A program made the translations under genes and the position numbers. Below the pieces are notes generated by a model that saw only the letters and a program-made list of their open reading frames with translations, was not told the origin of the DNA and did not search any database. A stretch of DNA of 64,000 bases from an uncultured Actinomycetes bacterium (GTDB lineage: Bacteria > Actinomycetota > UBA4738 > HRBIN12): the NCBI GenBank assembly GCA_963719165.1, contig CAVRAV010000001.1, positions 1,637,215 through 1,701,214 of the forward strand, written 5' to 3'. Below, one piece after another: positions 1 through 10,227 of the stretch (positions are counted from its first letter, which is position 1; the number at the start of each line of letters is the position of its first letter).

Positions 1-9
1 AACGCCGAC

Positions 10-381
10 GTGGACCCCGAGGACGACGCCGGTGAGGATCTCGAGGCGATGATCGAGCAGGCCGACCATGCGTTCGGCGCGGAGTCGTTCGGAACCACCG
101 CGGAGGAAGAGCTGCGGGGCGAGTCCTTGGACCAGCGGCTCTCCGAGGAACGGCCGGAGCGACCCAGGAACGACACCGAGCTCGCGATCGAAGATGCCGA
201 CGCCCCGGACGACGAGGCCCAGTTGGTGGCGGAGGCCACCACCGAGCGCGAGGCCTATGTCGCGCCCGAGGAAGCAGCCTTGACGGTGCGTGACACGGCG
301 CCCGGCGCCGTCGACCACGAAGGGGACGAGTACGTCGAGCTGTTCGACGAAACCCTCGGGACTTCCGGGGATAGCGCGTGA
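10..381 (+). CDS. Acidic hypothetical protein (D/E-rich), possibly the C-terminal part of a gene starting upstream of the window
   Basis: ORF from a GTG at 10 that may extend 5' of the window; low-complexity acidic composition; stop at 379-381 followed by a hairpin. Confidence 0.35.
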   Translation: MDPEDDAGEDLEAMIEQADHAFGAESFGTTAEEELRGESLDQRLSEERPERPRNDTELAIEDADAPDDEAQLVAEATTEREAYVAPEEAALTVRDTAPGAVDHEGDEYVELFDETLGTSGDSA

Positions 382-390
382 GCCAAGACA

Positions 391-419
391 GAAGCCCGGC
401 CCCTCACGGACCGGGCTTC
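391..419. terminator. Stem-loop between convergent genes (gaagcccgg / ccgggcttc, 9-bp stem)
   Basis: Inverted repeat read directly from the sequence between the 10..381(+) and 437..1471(-) stops; weak T-tract. Confidence 0.35.
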
Positions 420-436
420 TTGGCGAGACGGTTCGA

Positions 437-1471
437 TCAGCTGCCGCCCGGTCCGACGATCAGGGTGTGGTCGTCGAACCACTCGGCGGTTCGACCGGCG
501 GCGACCCTCGCGGTCGAGCCGGTGTCGACGGTCGTCACGTATATCGATCCGCCCTTGCGGTAGGAGATCCGCGTCCCATCCGGAGACCACCTCAGCCAGC
601 CGAGACGCCCGCGAGGACCCACGGCCCGAGGGGCTCCCCCGTGGAGGCCCGCGATCCATAGCTTTCCGCCGGCGAGATCCTTCCCGCTGACCGGAGCGAG
701 GTACGCGAGCGAGCGGCCGTCCGGCGCGTACCCGCCCCATGCAGCGTCGCGTTGGACGATCGTCGGTGTCCCGCCCGCGACCGGGACGGACCAGAGGTCA
801 AAGCTCGAATCGTGGGGGTCGCCTCGCGGGAGCTGGAAGAGGACCGACCGACCATCCGGCGCGAAGCTCGGGAACATGTACCACCAGTCCCACTGCTGCG
901 TCTGATCGAAGTTCGTCAGTCGCGTCCGCCGGCCTGTCGCCACATCCTGGACGAACAGGTTGCCGAGTTCCTGTGTCGAGGCGTGCCGTTGCTGATACAA
1001 GACCTGCGATCCGTCCGGGGACCACTGTGCACCGAAGCCACCCCATCCGGTGGCTGAGATCTGGCGGTCCTGGGTCCCGTCGACGTTCGCCACGTAAAGG
1101 GGATCCATCCCGCTGCAACACGCGTTGTAGGCGAGCCTCGTGTGGTCGGGGGAGACCGCATAGTAGGTCCCCGACGCTGCGATGCTCTTGGGAAGCGGCG
1201 TCGACTGGCCGGTGGTGAGGTCCACTATCGCCGACCCCATCCCGGGCTGGATGGATGTCGGCGGGCGATCGGCCGGCACCCCTTCCGTGCTGCCCCGCGT
1301 GAGCGCATAGGCGGCGACGGAACCCGCGACGAGTACCGTCACCGCCGCGAAGGCACCGATGCGGCGATTCCTAGCCGATCGTCGCTGCCTCCCGACCTGT
1401 CGTTCGAGGGCCCCGGGCTCCTGATCAACCTTCTGCGTTGCCATGCGAAATACCTCCTGCAGCTCAGGCAT
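437..1471 (-). CDS. Membrane-anchored anti-sigma factor with a C-terminal TolB/PD40-like beta-propeller
   Basis: Single TM segment (IGAFAAVTVLVAGSVAAYAL) followed by WD40-like/PD40 repeats (YAVSPDHTRLAY, WSPDGSQVLY, WSPDGTRISY); start overlaps the ECF sigma stop (ATGA at 1464-1471). Confidence 0.7.
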   Translation of the reverse strand: MPELQEVFRMATQKVDQEPGALERQVGRQRRSARNRRIGAFAAVTVLVAGSVAAYALTRGSTEGVPADRPPTSIQPGMGSAIVDLTTGQSTPLPKSIAASGTYYAVSPDHTRLAYNACCSGMDPLYVANVDGTQDRQISATGWGGFGAQWSPDGSQVLYQQRHASTQELGNLFVQDVATGRRTRLTNFDQTQQWDWWYMFPSFAPDGRSVLFQLPRGDPHDSSFDLWSVPVAGGTPTIVQRDAAWGGYAPDGRSLAYLAPVSGKDLAGGKLWIAGLHGGAPRAVGPRGRLGWLRWSPDGTRISYRKGGSIYVTTVDTGSTARVAAGRTAEWFDDHTLIVGPGGS

Positions 1472-1985
1472 CCCGCGCTCCTTCCGCTCTTAGGGTCCGG
1501 CGACCTTGCGTGGCGAGTGACCGAACCGTGGACGGTCGGACGCGCAGGATGCGCGCCGCCTGCTCGGAGGGGTATCCGAGCAGGTCCACGAGCAGGAGCG
1601 CCGCCCGCTGCCTCGGCGTGAGCCCGAGGAGGAGTTGTCGAACATCGGCTCGCATCTCCGCCTCCCGGTACGCGTCGGGGGGCTCCGCGATAGGGATCAG
1701 CTTCCGGATAGCCATGGAAGCTCTGCGCCGCCGTAGTCGGAAAGCGTTCAGCGCGACACGGAAGAGGTAGGCCGTCGGATCGTCGATCCGATCGACTTGG
1801 TCCCACCGCTCCCAGAGCCTCAGGAACGCGTCCTGCGTGAGCTCTTCCGCATCGTGTCTATTCCCGGTCACGAAGTAGAGGGCTTTGAACAGCCGTTCGC
1901 GTTCCTCCTCGTAGAAGACCTCGAAGCGGGCCCCTGCTTCGAGTCCTCCCGAGGCGAACCTCACGACTTCTTCTCCTGCTCGCAT
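1464..1985 (-). CDS. ECF-family RNA polymerase sigma-70 factor
   Basis: Sigma region 2 (ELTQDAFLRLWERW, DPTAYLFRVALNAFRLRRRR) and region 4 (LTPRQRAALLLVDLLGYPSEQAARIL); co-operonic with the anti-sigma factor. Confidence 0.85.
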   Translation of the reverse strand: MRAGEEVVRFASGGLEAGARFEVFYEEERERLFKALYFVTGNRHDAEELTQDAFLRLWERWDQVDRIDDPTAYLFRVALNAFRLRRRRASMAIRKLIPIAEPPDAYREAEMRADVRQLLLGLTPRQRAALLLVDLLGYPSEQAARILRVRPSTVRSLATQGRRTLRAEGARDA

Positions 1986-2166
1986 ACGTCATAGATGCGT
2001 GAGGACCATGTTCTGCTGAAATCGGGTGAGGAGAAACTCCGTCAAGGATTGAACGCGGTTGAGGAAGAGCTCTTGGCTGTCCGCCGGCCATGAGACCGCG
2101 TTCACATCTCGGCCTCGCCTCGCCGAGCCGCAGCCCTCGTCTCGGGCGATGGCCGATCATGGGTCC

Positions 2167-2706
2167 TCAGAACCAGCCGGAGTCGGGAGCGCGATCGACA
2201 GCAGGGCCGAACGGCTTCCCTTGATGTCGAACGGTGATGACCCTCCACCTGACGGGCTTGGTATGGCGGATGCCCCGGAAGCTGCACCATCCCGACCGAG
2301 GGGCGACATCCCAGGCGAGCGGGGTCAGGTGGCTGCCGCTCCCCGCGCCGGGACGGGTGCCGCGATCGCAGAACACACCAGAGCTGCCGGGGTCGTCCCA
2401 CACGTAGAGGCGGTAATCCCAACGCCCCGCACCCACGGAATCGATGAACAGCACGAAGGTGCCGCCGTTGGCCAGTCGGAACCGTTGGAACGTGCTGAAT
2501 CGCCACGTGTAGCGATGCAATCGCGCGTGGAATCGCAGGGAGACATGGGCAAGATCGAGCCTCGAACCGGTGTCCTTCGCGTCGCGGAAGGAACCGAGTT
2601 GCGCAGACGCCGCGGCGGGAGTTGCGAAGGCAACGGCCATCGTGAGGACGATCAGGATGCAGACCCTGGTCCGCCTCGCTGGAACGTCCATCCGCATGCG
2701 ACACAC
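2167..2706 (-). CDS. Secreted hypothetical protein (signal peptide)
   Basis: N-terminal hydrophobic signal CILIVLTMAVAFATPAAASA; Trp/Tyr-rich mature part; an alternative start at about 2691 (MDVPARR) is possible. Confidence 0.5.
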   Translation of the reverse strand: MCRMRMDVPARRTRVCILIVLTMAVAFATPAAASAQLGSFRDAKDTGSRLDLAHVSLRFHARLHRYTWRFSTFQRFRLANGGTFVLFIDSVGAGRWDYRLYVWDDPGSSGVFCDRGTRPGAGSGSHLTPLAWDVAPRSGWCSFRGIRHTKPVRWRVITVRHQGKPFGPAVDRAPDSGWF

Positions 2707-2948
2707 CTCCGTCTCGTCCCATTCAAGACGATCGGTCCGGGAACGATGCGAGCGCGCGCTCTCGGAGGTGATCCGGTGGTGTGAGTGTATGCCGGTTCAC
2801 GGTCCGGCGCTGTCGACGGAACCAGCTCGAACAGGCCTCCAGGTCATCCGGCTCCGACCGCCGGGGCCCGCCGCGCATCGGAACTCCGCTGTTTCCGCAG
2901 CTCTGCGTCCTCCGACGGTGGGAACGCTCGCCGACGGGTCGGCGGCGG

Positions 2949-3614
2949 CTACCCGACGTTCAAGATGAACTTGATCGTCGCCACCTGGTCGGTGTGAGTC
3001 GGGTCCGTGAAGACGTCGCCCAGCCAGATCGTGTGCCGGCCTGGCTCGAGGCCCCGCACCATCACGAACCAACCCTCGAGGAACATCTGATACTCCCCCG
3101 CAGGGACGCCGAAGAGGTTGTCCGTGCCCAGGTCGAGCCGCACCCACGAGCCGGTCTTGAACCGGTTGATCTCGCGGATCCGCTTCCCGTCCACCTTGAC
3201 CACCGCGTCGTGGGTCATCGCCATGAACGCATCGGCGATCGCTTTGGTGGCCCTCCGCGTGTCTGCGTCCAGACCTACCGTCGCGAATTGACCACCGGGG
3301 GTGACGAGCAGGGGCCTGTGAGCCGGGACGTGGCAGTGCACGACGAGGCCTTCGGAGGTCGCGACCGGCATGAACAGGATCCCGCCACGCGCCGTCACCG
3401 CATCGCAGGTGGGGTTCACGATGGGACTCTCGGCCACCGGTGGCTCGAACAGGTACCGGGCGAACCGCCGGGTCCAGGCCTCGTAGGACACGCCGAGGGG
3501 ATGGGTGTTCGGTCCATAGACCACGCCGCCTGACCCTTCGGCGTTCGCGCCTGCAGGCAACGCCATGGCCATGACGACGAGCAGCCCCACCAGGACGAGC
3601 GATCGTTTCCTCAT
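2949..3614 (-). CDS. Secreted hypothetical protein (signal peptide MRKRSLVLVGLLVVMAMALPAGANA)
   Basis: Clear Sec signal peptide; real-looking composition. Confidence 0.6.
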   Translation of the reverse strand: MRKRSLVLVGLLVVMAMALPAGANAEGSGGVVYGPNTHPLGVSYEAWTRRFARYLFEPPVAESPIVNPTCDAVTARGGILFMPVATSEGLVVHCHVPAHRPLLVTPGGQFATVGLDADTRRATKAIADAFMAMTHDAVVKVDGKRIREINRFKTGSWVRLDLGTDNLFGVPAGEYQMFLEGWFVMVRGLEPGRHTIWLGDVFTDPTHTDQVATIKFILNVG

Positions 3615-4200
3615 CCGTGCCCTCCCTCTCCAGCCGTTCCCTGGACGGGAAACGGTTGGGTCATCTTCTTCCGCAAATCAGACTGGGGTCAATAGGCGTG
3701 GGCCATCTGGCGCAGATACCCCAGGGCCTTCTGACACCGTCGGAAATCGTTGACCTGTCCTACCAACACGAGCACACACGCCGCGCTTATCCACCTCGTT
3801 CGAACTGATCCGCTCGCATCAGCGCACGCAGTACTTCGCGGCGTGGGTCCATGTGCGAGAGAAGCTCGCGGAGCTCACGGTCGAGCAATCATCCGACTCC
3901 CCCGCGCACTCGCCTTGGCGACGTCCGTCACGGCTGAGAGTTCGCTGAGTATCCGCGCCACGCGCAAGCCGTCGGACGCCGCCGCTAGTACTACCCCTGG
4001 AACCACCGAGCAGACGAGGAGGTGGACACAGCGTCGGAACTGTGGATAGCAAGAGGGGGTGGTCGCATGGATCACCCGTCGACGCGGATTCGCCACACAC
4101 AGGGAGGTGCGTTCATGGCGTGGGAGTCGTCCAGCAGCTGATCGTGTACGCGTCGCTCGCCGAGGGCGCGGCGGCGGGACCTACTAGGAAGGAGTTCGAG

Positions 4201-4854
4201 ATGTCTGCACAACCTCGATGGGATGACACGGCACCCGCTCAGCGCCCGGTCTCGGTGCCTACGAGCCGGGCGATGGGGGACACGGATCGGAAGACTGCAC
4301 GGATCGTGTCGGTGATCGCCCTGGCCAGCATCGCTGCCGGCGCGATCAACCTCGCCGTAGCGGCGACGATCGGCGGCGGCAACGCCCAGACCTATGCGTT
4401 CTTCGGAGCGGTGGGCGCGGCGCAGGTCGTCTGGGGCATCCTGGCACTGGTCTGGGTAGCCCCCTGGTGGCTCGTGCTCGGCGCGTTGGGTAACGCGGTC
4501 GTCGTGGCCACGTGGCTCGTCTCCAGGACGGTGGGGCTCCCGTTCGGTCAGTTCGCCCACGTCGTGCTGCCGGTCAGGTTCCCCGACAGCGTGGCGACGA
4601 TCCTCGAAGCGGTGACCGTCGTCGGTGCGGTTCTGCTGATGGTTCGGGGATCCGCTACGACGCGGGCCGCGGCACGTGTGCGGGGCTTCACGCTCGCGGC
4701 CGCGGTGTTGATCGGCGCGCTCGGCCTCGCCGGGGTCCTGTCGCAGGCCAACGCGTTCGCATCCGGCGGTGGAGGCGGCGGCCAGAACGGCCCGACCGCG
4801 CCCTACGGTGGGAACGGTGGAGGGGGAGGTCCGGCCGGCGGCTACGGCTACTGA
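4201..4854 (+). CDS. Integral membrane protein with a Gly-rich C-terminal tail (GGGGGGQNGPTAPYGGNGGGGGPAGGYGY)
   Basis: ATG at 4201 preceded by aggaaggag; 5-6 predicted TM helices; the upstream part of track ORF 4042..4854 looks non-coding. Confidence 0.6.
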   Translation: MSAQPRWDDTAPAQRPVSVPTSRAMGDTDRKTARIVSVIALASIAAGAINLAVAATIGGGNAQTYAFFGAVGAAQVVWGILALVWVAPWWLVLGALGNAVVVATWLVSRTVGLPFGQFAHVVLPVRFPDSVATILEAVTVVGAVLLMVRGSATTRAAARVRGFTLAAAVLIGALGLAGVLSQANAFASGGGGGGQNGPTAPYGGNGGGGGPAGGYGY

Positions 4855-5088
4855 CGGGCCGCCGCTCGAACAGCACGACCCACGCGTGGCGCCCGGCCGT
4901 TCTCCGGCCGGTCGCCGCGCGGACGCCGCGACCCGAGGCCTCAAGTCGATCGGCTCCAGTTCCGGGATCCCAGCAGGCGATCCGCAAACCCGAGCCGGGC
5001 TCGACCGCTCCCCTCTTCGCGAGGGTGGACATCGTGGTTGAGACGCCTGACAGGGAAGAACCTGAACTACGGCTCTTCGGCCCGGCCC

Positions 5089-6567
5089 TTAGGCACTCGG
5101 TGGCACCGGGGACGACGGGTCGGCGACCGCGTAGAGCTGCCACCGACCGTCGATGCCCTTCATCGCGTGCGGACCGCGGTCTCGGAAGTTGAGGGCGGAC
5201 CCCATCACCAGATCCCGCACGGTGCCGGAGACGAGGATCTCCCCCGGATCGGCGGCAGCCATGATCCGGGCGGCGAGGTGGACCGCGATCCCGCCGACGT
5301 CACCGCCCCGCAGCTCGACCTCGCCGGTGTGGATCCCGGCCCGGATCCGCACGTCGGCCCGCTCGAGCTCCTCGCGTAGGGCGGCGGCGCATCGGATCGC
5401 GCGCCCGGGCCCATCGAAGGTCGCGAGGATCCCGTCCCCGGTGGTCTTCACCAAGATCCCGGCGTCCTGCTCCACGAGATCGCGGGCCGTGGCATCGTGC
5501 AGATCCAACACCGCCGCCCAACGGCTGTCGCCTAGACGATTCGCCGTACCGGTGGAGTTGACGATGTCGGTGAACAGCACCGACGAGAGCTGCCGTCCGG
5601 TCGGGGTGGCCCGCCGAGAGCCGGCGATGAATCGCTCCAGCGCACCGAGCTCAACCTCGGGATGGTCCCAGTAGGCAATCACGTCGCCGCTGGGGATCGG
5701 CAGGAACGTGGCGCCATCGATGTGCTCGGCGACGTAGCGCGCGAGCTCGATCGGGACGAACGCGTTGTCCTCGGGGTGTATGACGAGCGTCGGTGCTGTG
5801 ATCGCCGGGAGCAGTGAGCGAGCGTCGGCAGCAGCCGCGGCGGCCTGATACGCGGCGATCGCGCCAGGACTGCTGATCAGCCGCTGGAGCTTCGCGTACC
5901 AGGAACGCAGCCGCTCGTCGCCGGCGCGGCTCGGGAACAGCAGGTCGAAGGTCTGGCCCGTTCCCCAGCCCTCCTCGAAGCGCTCCATCTGTGCCCGCAA
6001 CGCCTCGGGAGACATCCCCACCGGGTAATCGTCGTCCCACAGGACCCGCACGGCGACCATGACCAAGACGAGGGCCCGGACGCGCTCGGGCCGGGTCGCG
6101 GCGAACAGCATCCCGGCGGGTCCGGCGGGTCCGCCGCAGATGAGGGCCGCCTGCTCAGAGCCGACGGCGTCCATCACGGCCTCGATCTCTTCGGCGAACG
6201 CCTCCCAAGGCGGGAGCGCGTTCAGCTGGACGGGGTCGGAGGCGCCCGTGCCCCGCATGTCGAACCGGATCACGCGCGCCCAGGTGGCCAGCTGCGACAG
6301 GAACAGCCGGTGGGCGGGCTCCTCCCACTCCACGTCGAAGGAGCCCCAGAAGCCGGCCGTGAAGACAACATCGATCGGAGCGTCTCCGATGATCTGGTAG
6401 GCGATCCGCTGGTCGTCCAGCGTGGTGTAACCGGTGACGGGTTCCAAGGGCTCGAGTCTAACCAGCGAGGCGGGGCGGGGGTGGTGCAGCGACGGCGAGG
6501 CTCCTTGATCGAGAGGTTCATCGGGGTTGTGTTCCCATTGCTCACGCCCGCTGTCGAGCTTTCCCAC
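5089..6567 (-). CDS. Alpha/beta-hydrolase domain fused to a class III adenylate/guanylate cyclase domain
   Basis: N-terminal hydrolase fold; C-terminal cyclase motifs (VLFTDIVNSTG, VKTTGDGILATF, IRAGIHTGEV). Confidence 0.8.
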   Translation of the reverse strand: MGKLDSGREQWEHNPDEPLDQGASPSLHHPRPASLVRLEPLEPVTGYTTLDDQRIAYQIIGDAPIDVVFTAGFWGSFDVEWEEPAHRLFLSQLATWARVIRFDMRGTGASDPVQLNALPPWEAFAEEIEAVMDAVGSEQAALICGGPAGPAGMLFAATRPERVRALVLVMVAVRVLWDDDYPVGMSPEALRAQMERFEEGWGTGQTFDLLFPSRAGDERLRSWYAKLQRLISSPGAIAAYQAAAAAADARSLLPAITAPTLVIHPEDNAFVPIELARYVAEHIDGATFLPIPSGDVIAYWDHPEVELGALERFIAGSRRATPTGRQLSSVLFTDIVNSTGTANRLGDSRWAAVLDLHDATARDLVEQDAGILVKTTGDGILATFDGPGRAIRCAAALREELERADVRIRAGIHTGEVELRGGDVGGIAVHLAARIMAAADPGEILVSGTVRDLVMGSALNFRDRGPHAMKGIDGRWQLYAVADPSSPVPPSA

Positions 6568-6889
6568 TCAGATCGATGTCGGGCGCCAAGAGCGCAGGTT
6601 GAAGGGCAGACGGGCTCGAATCGCGAGAAACGAGGGTGTCGACAATGGAGCGCGATCCTGGCGAACCGCCTCACGTTCCCTACCGGATCTGTAGATTGCC
6701 AAGCGCCTTCATCACGTGGCTCCGGCTTCGCGCATCGGTCGACCTGCGAACGGCGAGATCGTCATCGCGACTCGCCCGAACAGCCAAGCTCATGACCTCC
6801 GTCGAGACCCTCGGATCGAACGGTCGGTGGCCTCCTCCACGCCGCACGATCGGGCTCATTCGAGTGCGTCGCCGTGAGAACATCGAGCG

Positions 6890-7793
6890 GTGCACCGGAT
6901 ACTGGTTGGTACCAGGGACGGGCTCCAGACGATCGGCGACCGAGGTCCCGTTGGGCCTCATCCAACTCGCCGGTCGGTCCGTGACTGCCGTCGTCCGAGA
7001 CGGTCCCGAGCTCTGGGCGATCGTGGATCGATCCGAGGTCTGGCACGCACCCGAGGCCGGCTGGCGCCTGGTGGCCACGCTGCAGGGCTACCAAGCGACG
7101 TGCATCGCCATGACCGACGCGATCCATGTCGGCTCGTCCAACGCACGACTGTTCCGACTCGCCGGGGAAACGCTCGAGCCCGTGGTCGCGTTCGACGACG
7201 CGGAAGGCCGCTCCGAGTGGTACACACCCTGGGGCGGACCGCCCGCCACTCGCTCCCTGTCTGAGTGGGGCGACGACGTCTATGTCAACGTCCACGTCGG
7301 GGGGATCCTTCACACCGGAGACCAGGGGCCTACGTGGAACCCCACGATCGAGATCGACGCCGACGTCCACCAAGTCGCAACCGCGGAGGGCTTCGTCCTG
7401 GCCGCCTGCGCCGGCGGGCTCGCGACGAGCCTGGACCACGGCGCAACCTGGACGATGCGGAGCGAGGGGCTCGATGCTCCGTACTCGCGCGCGGTGGTCG
7501 TCTGCGGCGACACGCTCCTCATGTCTGCCTCGAACGGCCCGCGTGGTGGTCGCGCCGCCGTGTACCGGGCCGATATCTCCGCCGGTGCGTTCGAACGCTG
7601 CACGGCCGGGCTCCCTGGATGGTTCGACGACAACATCGACACCTATCACCTGGATGCGCTGAACGACGGATCGTTCGCGGCGTTCGGCACCTCCGACGGA
7701 CGCATCTTCGGTTCGGAAGACGCCGGATCGACCTGGCAGGAGATGGCCTCCGATCTCGCCACGATCCAGCACGTCCTGGTGCTGCCCGACTGA
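6890..7793 (+). CDS. BNR/Asp-box or Ycf48-like beta-propeller protein, apparently frameshifted near 6950
   Basis: Family-typical N-terminus MHRILVGTRDGLQTIGDRG sits in frame 2 (track ORF 6890..7264); the rest (EVPLGLIQLAGRSV...HTGDQGPTW...HGATW...DAGSTW) is in the frame of track ORF 6636..7793. Confidence 0.55.
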
Positions 7794-7833
7794 CTCAAGA
7801 CCCCACCCGATACACGAGCCCGGTGAACAGGAG

Positions 7834-8598
7834 TCAGTTCGCCCGCAGCACGTCGAGGAACGCCGCCTCGGTGTCGGGAGACGGGCTGGCGCCGAGCTCC
7901 GAGGCGAGCGTCTCGCGGAGACGGTCGTAGGTCGCGAGCGCCTCGGCGTTGTTGCCGGCCTCGACGTGCGCCCGCATGAGCGTCACGTACGCGCGCTCCC
8001 GGAACGGTTCGAGCGCGATGATGCGCTCCGCGTCCCCCGCCGCGCCGGTCAGGTCGCCCTGCCTGATCGCGATCTCGGCTCTGCACGACAACGCCCGCAC
8101 CTGGATCGTTCGAAGCTGCGTCCGCTGCCGATGCACCCACTCCCCCTCGGCGCCCTCGAGGAACGGACGTCGCGCGATCGCGTTCGCGACGAGCGCCGCC
8201 CCGTTCGCCGCGGCGAGGTCGCCCGCCCGCAGCGCCGCCTCCGCGTCGTGCGCCGCGGCCGCGGCGGCTTCGACGTCGATCCATGCGTCGGGCGGCAGGC
8301 GAAGCTGGTAGCAACCGAACGCATGCTCGATCGTCGCCTCGGCTCCGCTCTGCGCGAGCACGCCGCGCAACTTGCTCACGATCGCGCGCAGGGCCGTGGC
8401 CCACGCTTGGGGCGGGGTTCCGTCCCACACCACGTCGGCGATGTGCTCGGTCGACAGCGCGTCGCGGCGTTCCGACGCCAGCAGCGCGAAGGCGAGCCGG
8501 CCCTGCCCGCCGGGGAACCGGCTCTCGGCCACGAGGACGTCGCCGCGCTCGATCGCGACGTTGCCGGCGAGGTAGATCCGCAGCTGTGGCTCGTCCAT
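7834..8598 (-). CDS. SARP (AfsR/DnrI/RedD)-family transcriptional regulator
   Basis: ATG at 8598 (MDEPQLRIYLAGNVAIERGDV) gives the OmpR-type winged helix followed by a bacterial transcriptional activation domain; track ORF 7834..8781 overextends 5'. Confidence 0.8.
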   Translation of the reverse strand: MDEPQLRIYLAGNVAIERGDVLVAESRFPGGQGRLAFALLASERRDALSTEHIADVVWDGTPPQAWATALRAIVSKLRGVLAQSGAEATIEHAFGCYQLRLPPDAWIDVEAAAAAAHDAEAALRAGDLAAANGAALVANAIARRPFLEGAEGEWVHRQRTQLRTIQVRALSCRAEIAIRQGDLTGAAGDAERIIALEPFRERAYVTLMRAHVEAGNNAEALATYDRLRETLASELGASPSPDTEAAFLDVLRAN

Positions 8599-8685
8599 GC
8601 CATCCCCTCGGGGCCCGCCGGGCGAGGCGGCGCCAACGTTGCGCCAACGTCGCTTGCCTAGTATCCGCCCCGAGGAGGTGATCGC

Positions 8686-8838
8686 ATGATCAAGGAAGTC
8701 ACCTGCGAGTGCGGCTTCTACGCGCGCGGGATCGAGGACGACCTCGTCGTCGCCGTCCAGGCGCACGGGGCGGCCAAGCACGGCATGGACGTCACCCGTG
8801 AGCAGGTCATCGCCCAGCTCAAACCGGTCGGCGCCTGA
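8686..8838 (+). CDS. DUF1059-family small protein (50 aa)
   Basis: Not in the ORF track (<60 aa); RBS gaggagg at 8672-8678; MIKEVTCECGFYARGIEDDLVVAVQAHGAAKHGMDVTREQVIAQLKPVGA matches the DUF1059 pattern. Confidence 0.6.
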   Translation: MIKEVTCECGFYARGIEDDLVVAVQAHGAAKHGMDVTREQVIAQLKPVGA

Positions 8839-8932
8839 TCCCGGACCGACCTGCGAACACGGCGCGGGCCGAGCGCCCGAGGACCGGAACCGCGGCGCCC
8901 CGGAAGGCGCCGCGGTTCCGCGTCGCCCTCCG

Positions 8933-9319
8933 TCACATCGCGGTTTCGAACAGCCCCATGGTGTTGCCCTCGCTGTCCTTGAAGTACGCGAAGGCCCCCA
9001 TGTTCGGGATCGGGGTGCGCGGCGTGACCGTGCTGCCGCCGCCCGCCTCGATCTTCTTGAGGGTCTCGTCGATCGAGTCGACCCCGATCGTGATCACCGG
9101 GTACGGCGTCTCCGATCCGCGGCCCGTGAACCCGCCGTTGATCGCGCCGGGCTCCTTGGGTCGCATCTGCTCGTCGATCGGGACCGTGGTCGCGGTGGTG
9201 TAGACCATCCCGTTGCCCATGTCGTTGTCGTTGAGCTCCCAGTCGAAGACCGAGCCGTAGAACTCCTTGGCTCGCGAGTGGTCGTCGAACGTGATCTCGA
9301 AGTGCACGACCTTGTCCAT
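8933..9319 (-). CDS. VOC/glyoxalase-bleomycin-resistance-fold protein
   Basis: MDKVVHFEITFDDHSRAKEFYGSVFDWE... is a typical glyoxalase-like domain. Confidence 0.8.
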   Translation of the reverse strand: MDKVVHFEITFDDHSRAKEFYGSVFDWELNDNDMGNGMVYTTATTVPIDEQMRPKEPGAINGGFTGRGSETPYPVITIGVDSIDETLKKIEAGGGSTVTPRTPIPNMGAFAYFKDSEGNTMGLFETAM

Positions 9320-9471
9320 CGGTTCCCCTTCCCCTCGGATCCTCCAAACCTACCGCGATTCGGCGGAGGACGCGGAGGGGGTGGCCCGAGCGAGAAATGG
9401 ATGAACGGGATAGTCTCCCTCCCAAGGGACCGTGCCCGCAGGAGTGCCCGCGGGAGAGAAGGAGGAACGGG

Positions 9472-10227
9472 ATGAAGGTACGGGTTGTTCTTGGCCTGTG
9501 CGCACTGCTGGCGGTCGCCATCTGGCCGGCGACGGCAGGCGCGGATCCATTCGTGGGACCACCCCTGTGTGCGAGTGCGGGGACGGCGTTGTGGGGCTCC
9601 CACCACGGCAACCTCACCGTGAACGGCGACGCGTACGTGCCGGCCGGCAAGGCCCTGCGGGTCAGCGCCAACCTGAGGCTGAGTCCCGGGGCCTGCCTGG
9701 ATGCGTTCACGCTCGGCACCGTGCACGTGCACGGCAACATCCGCGTCGGCGAGGGCGCGGTGCTCGCGCTCGGGTGCACGCCCGACTCGATCGGGCCGGT
9801 TCCGCCCTGCGGCACGACCACGACGAACGACACCGTGGGCGGGAACATCGTCGCCCAGGACGCGCTCACGATGTACCTGGACGGCAACACGATCCACGGC
9901 AACGTGATCTCGCGCAACGGTGGTCCGGGCCTGCACGGCGAGTTCCTCAACTTCCCGATCAAGGACAACACCATCGAGGGTGACTTGATCGTCCGAGGTT
10001 GGAAGGGCGGCTGGGCCGGCGCCATCCGCAACGATGTCGGCGGAGACCTGGTCTGGACCAAGAACAAGAGCGCCACCGACCCGGACTCGAACGAGGTGCA
10101 GACGAATTGGATCGCCGGCGACCTGCGCTGCTACGGCAACTCGCCCCGCGCGCAGGTGAACCCGAACGACGGCGGCCAGCCCAACGCCGTCGGCGGTCAC
10201 AAGCTCGGGCAGTGCGCCGGACTCTGA
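9472..10227 (+). CDS. Secreted hypothetical protein, probable beta-helix-like repeats
   Basis: ATG at 9472 after gagaaggaggaa; signal peptide MKVRVVLGLCALLAVAIWPATAGA; repeated GN/GD motifs. Confidence 0.6.
   Translation: MKVRVVLGLCALLAVAIWPATAGADPFVGPPLCASAGTALWGSHHGNLTVNGDAYVPAGKALRVSANLRLSPGACLDAFTLGTVHVHGNIRVGEGAVLALGCTPDSIGPVPPCGTTTTNDTVGGNIVAQDALTMYLDGNTIHGNVISRNGGPGLHGEFLNFPIKDNTIEGDLIVRGWKGGWAGAIRNDVGGDLVWTKNKSATDPDSNEVQTNWIAGDLRCYGNSPRAQVNPNDGGQPNAVGGHKLGQCAGL

Noticed and set aside
6636-6889. 5' part of track ORF 6636..7793
   Set aside because: The family-typical start MHRILVGT is at 6890 in another frame. The upstream residues look non-coding.
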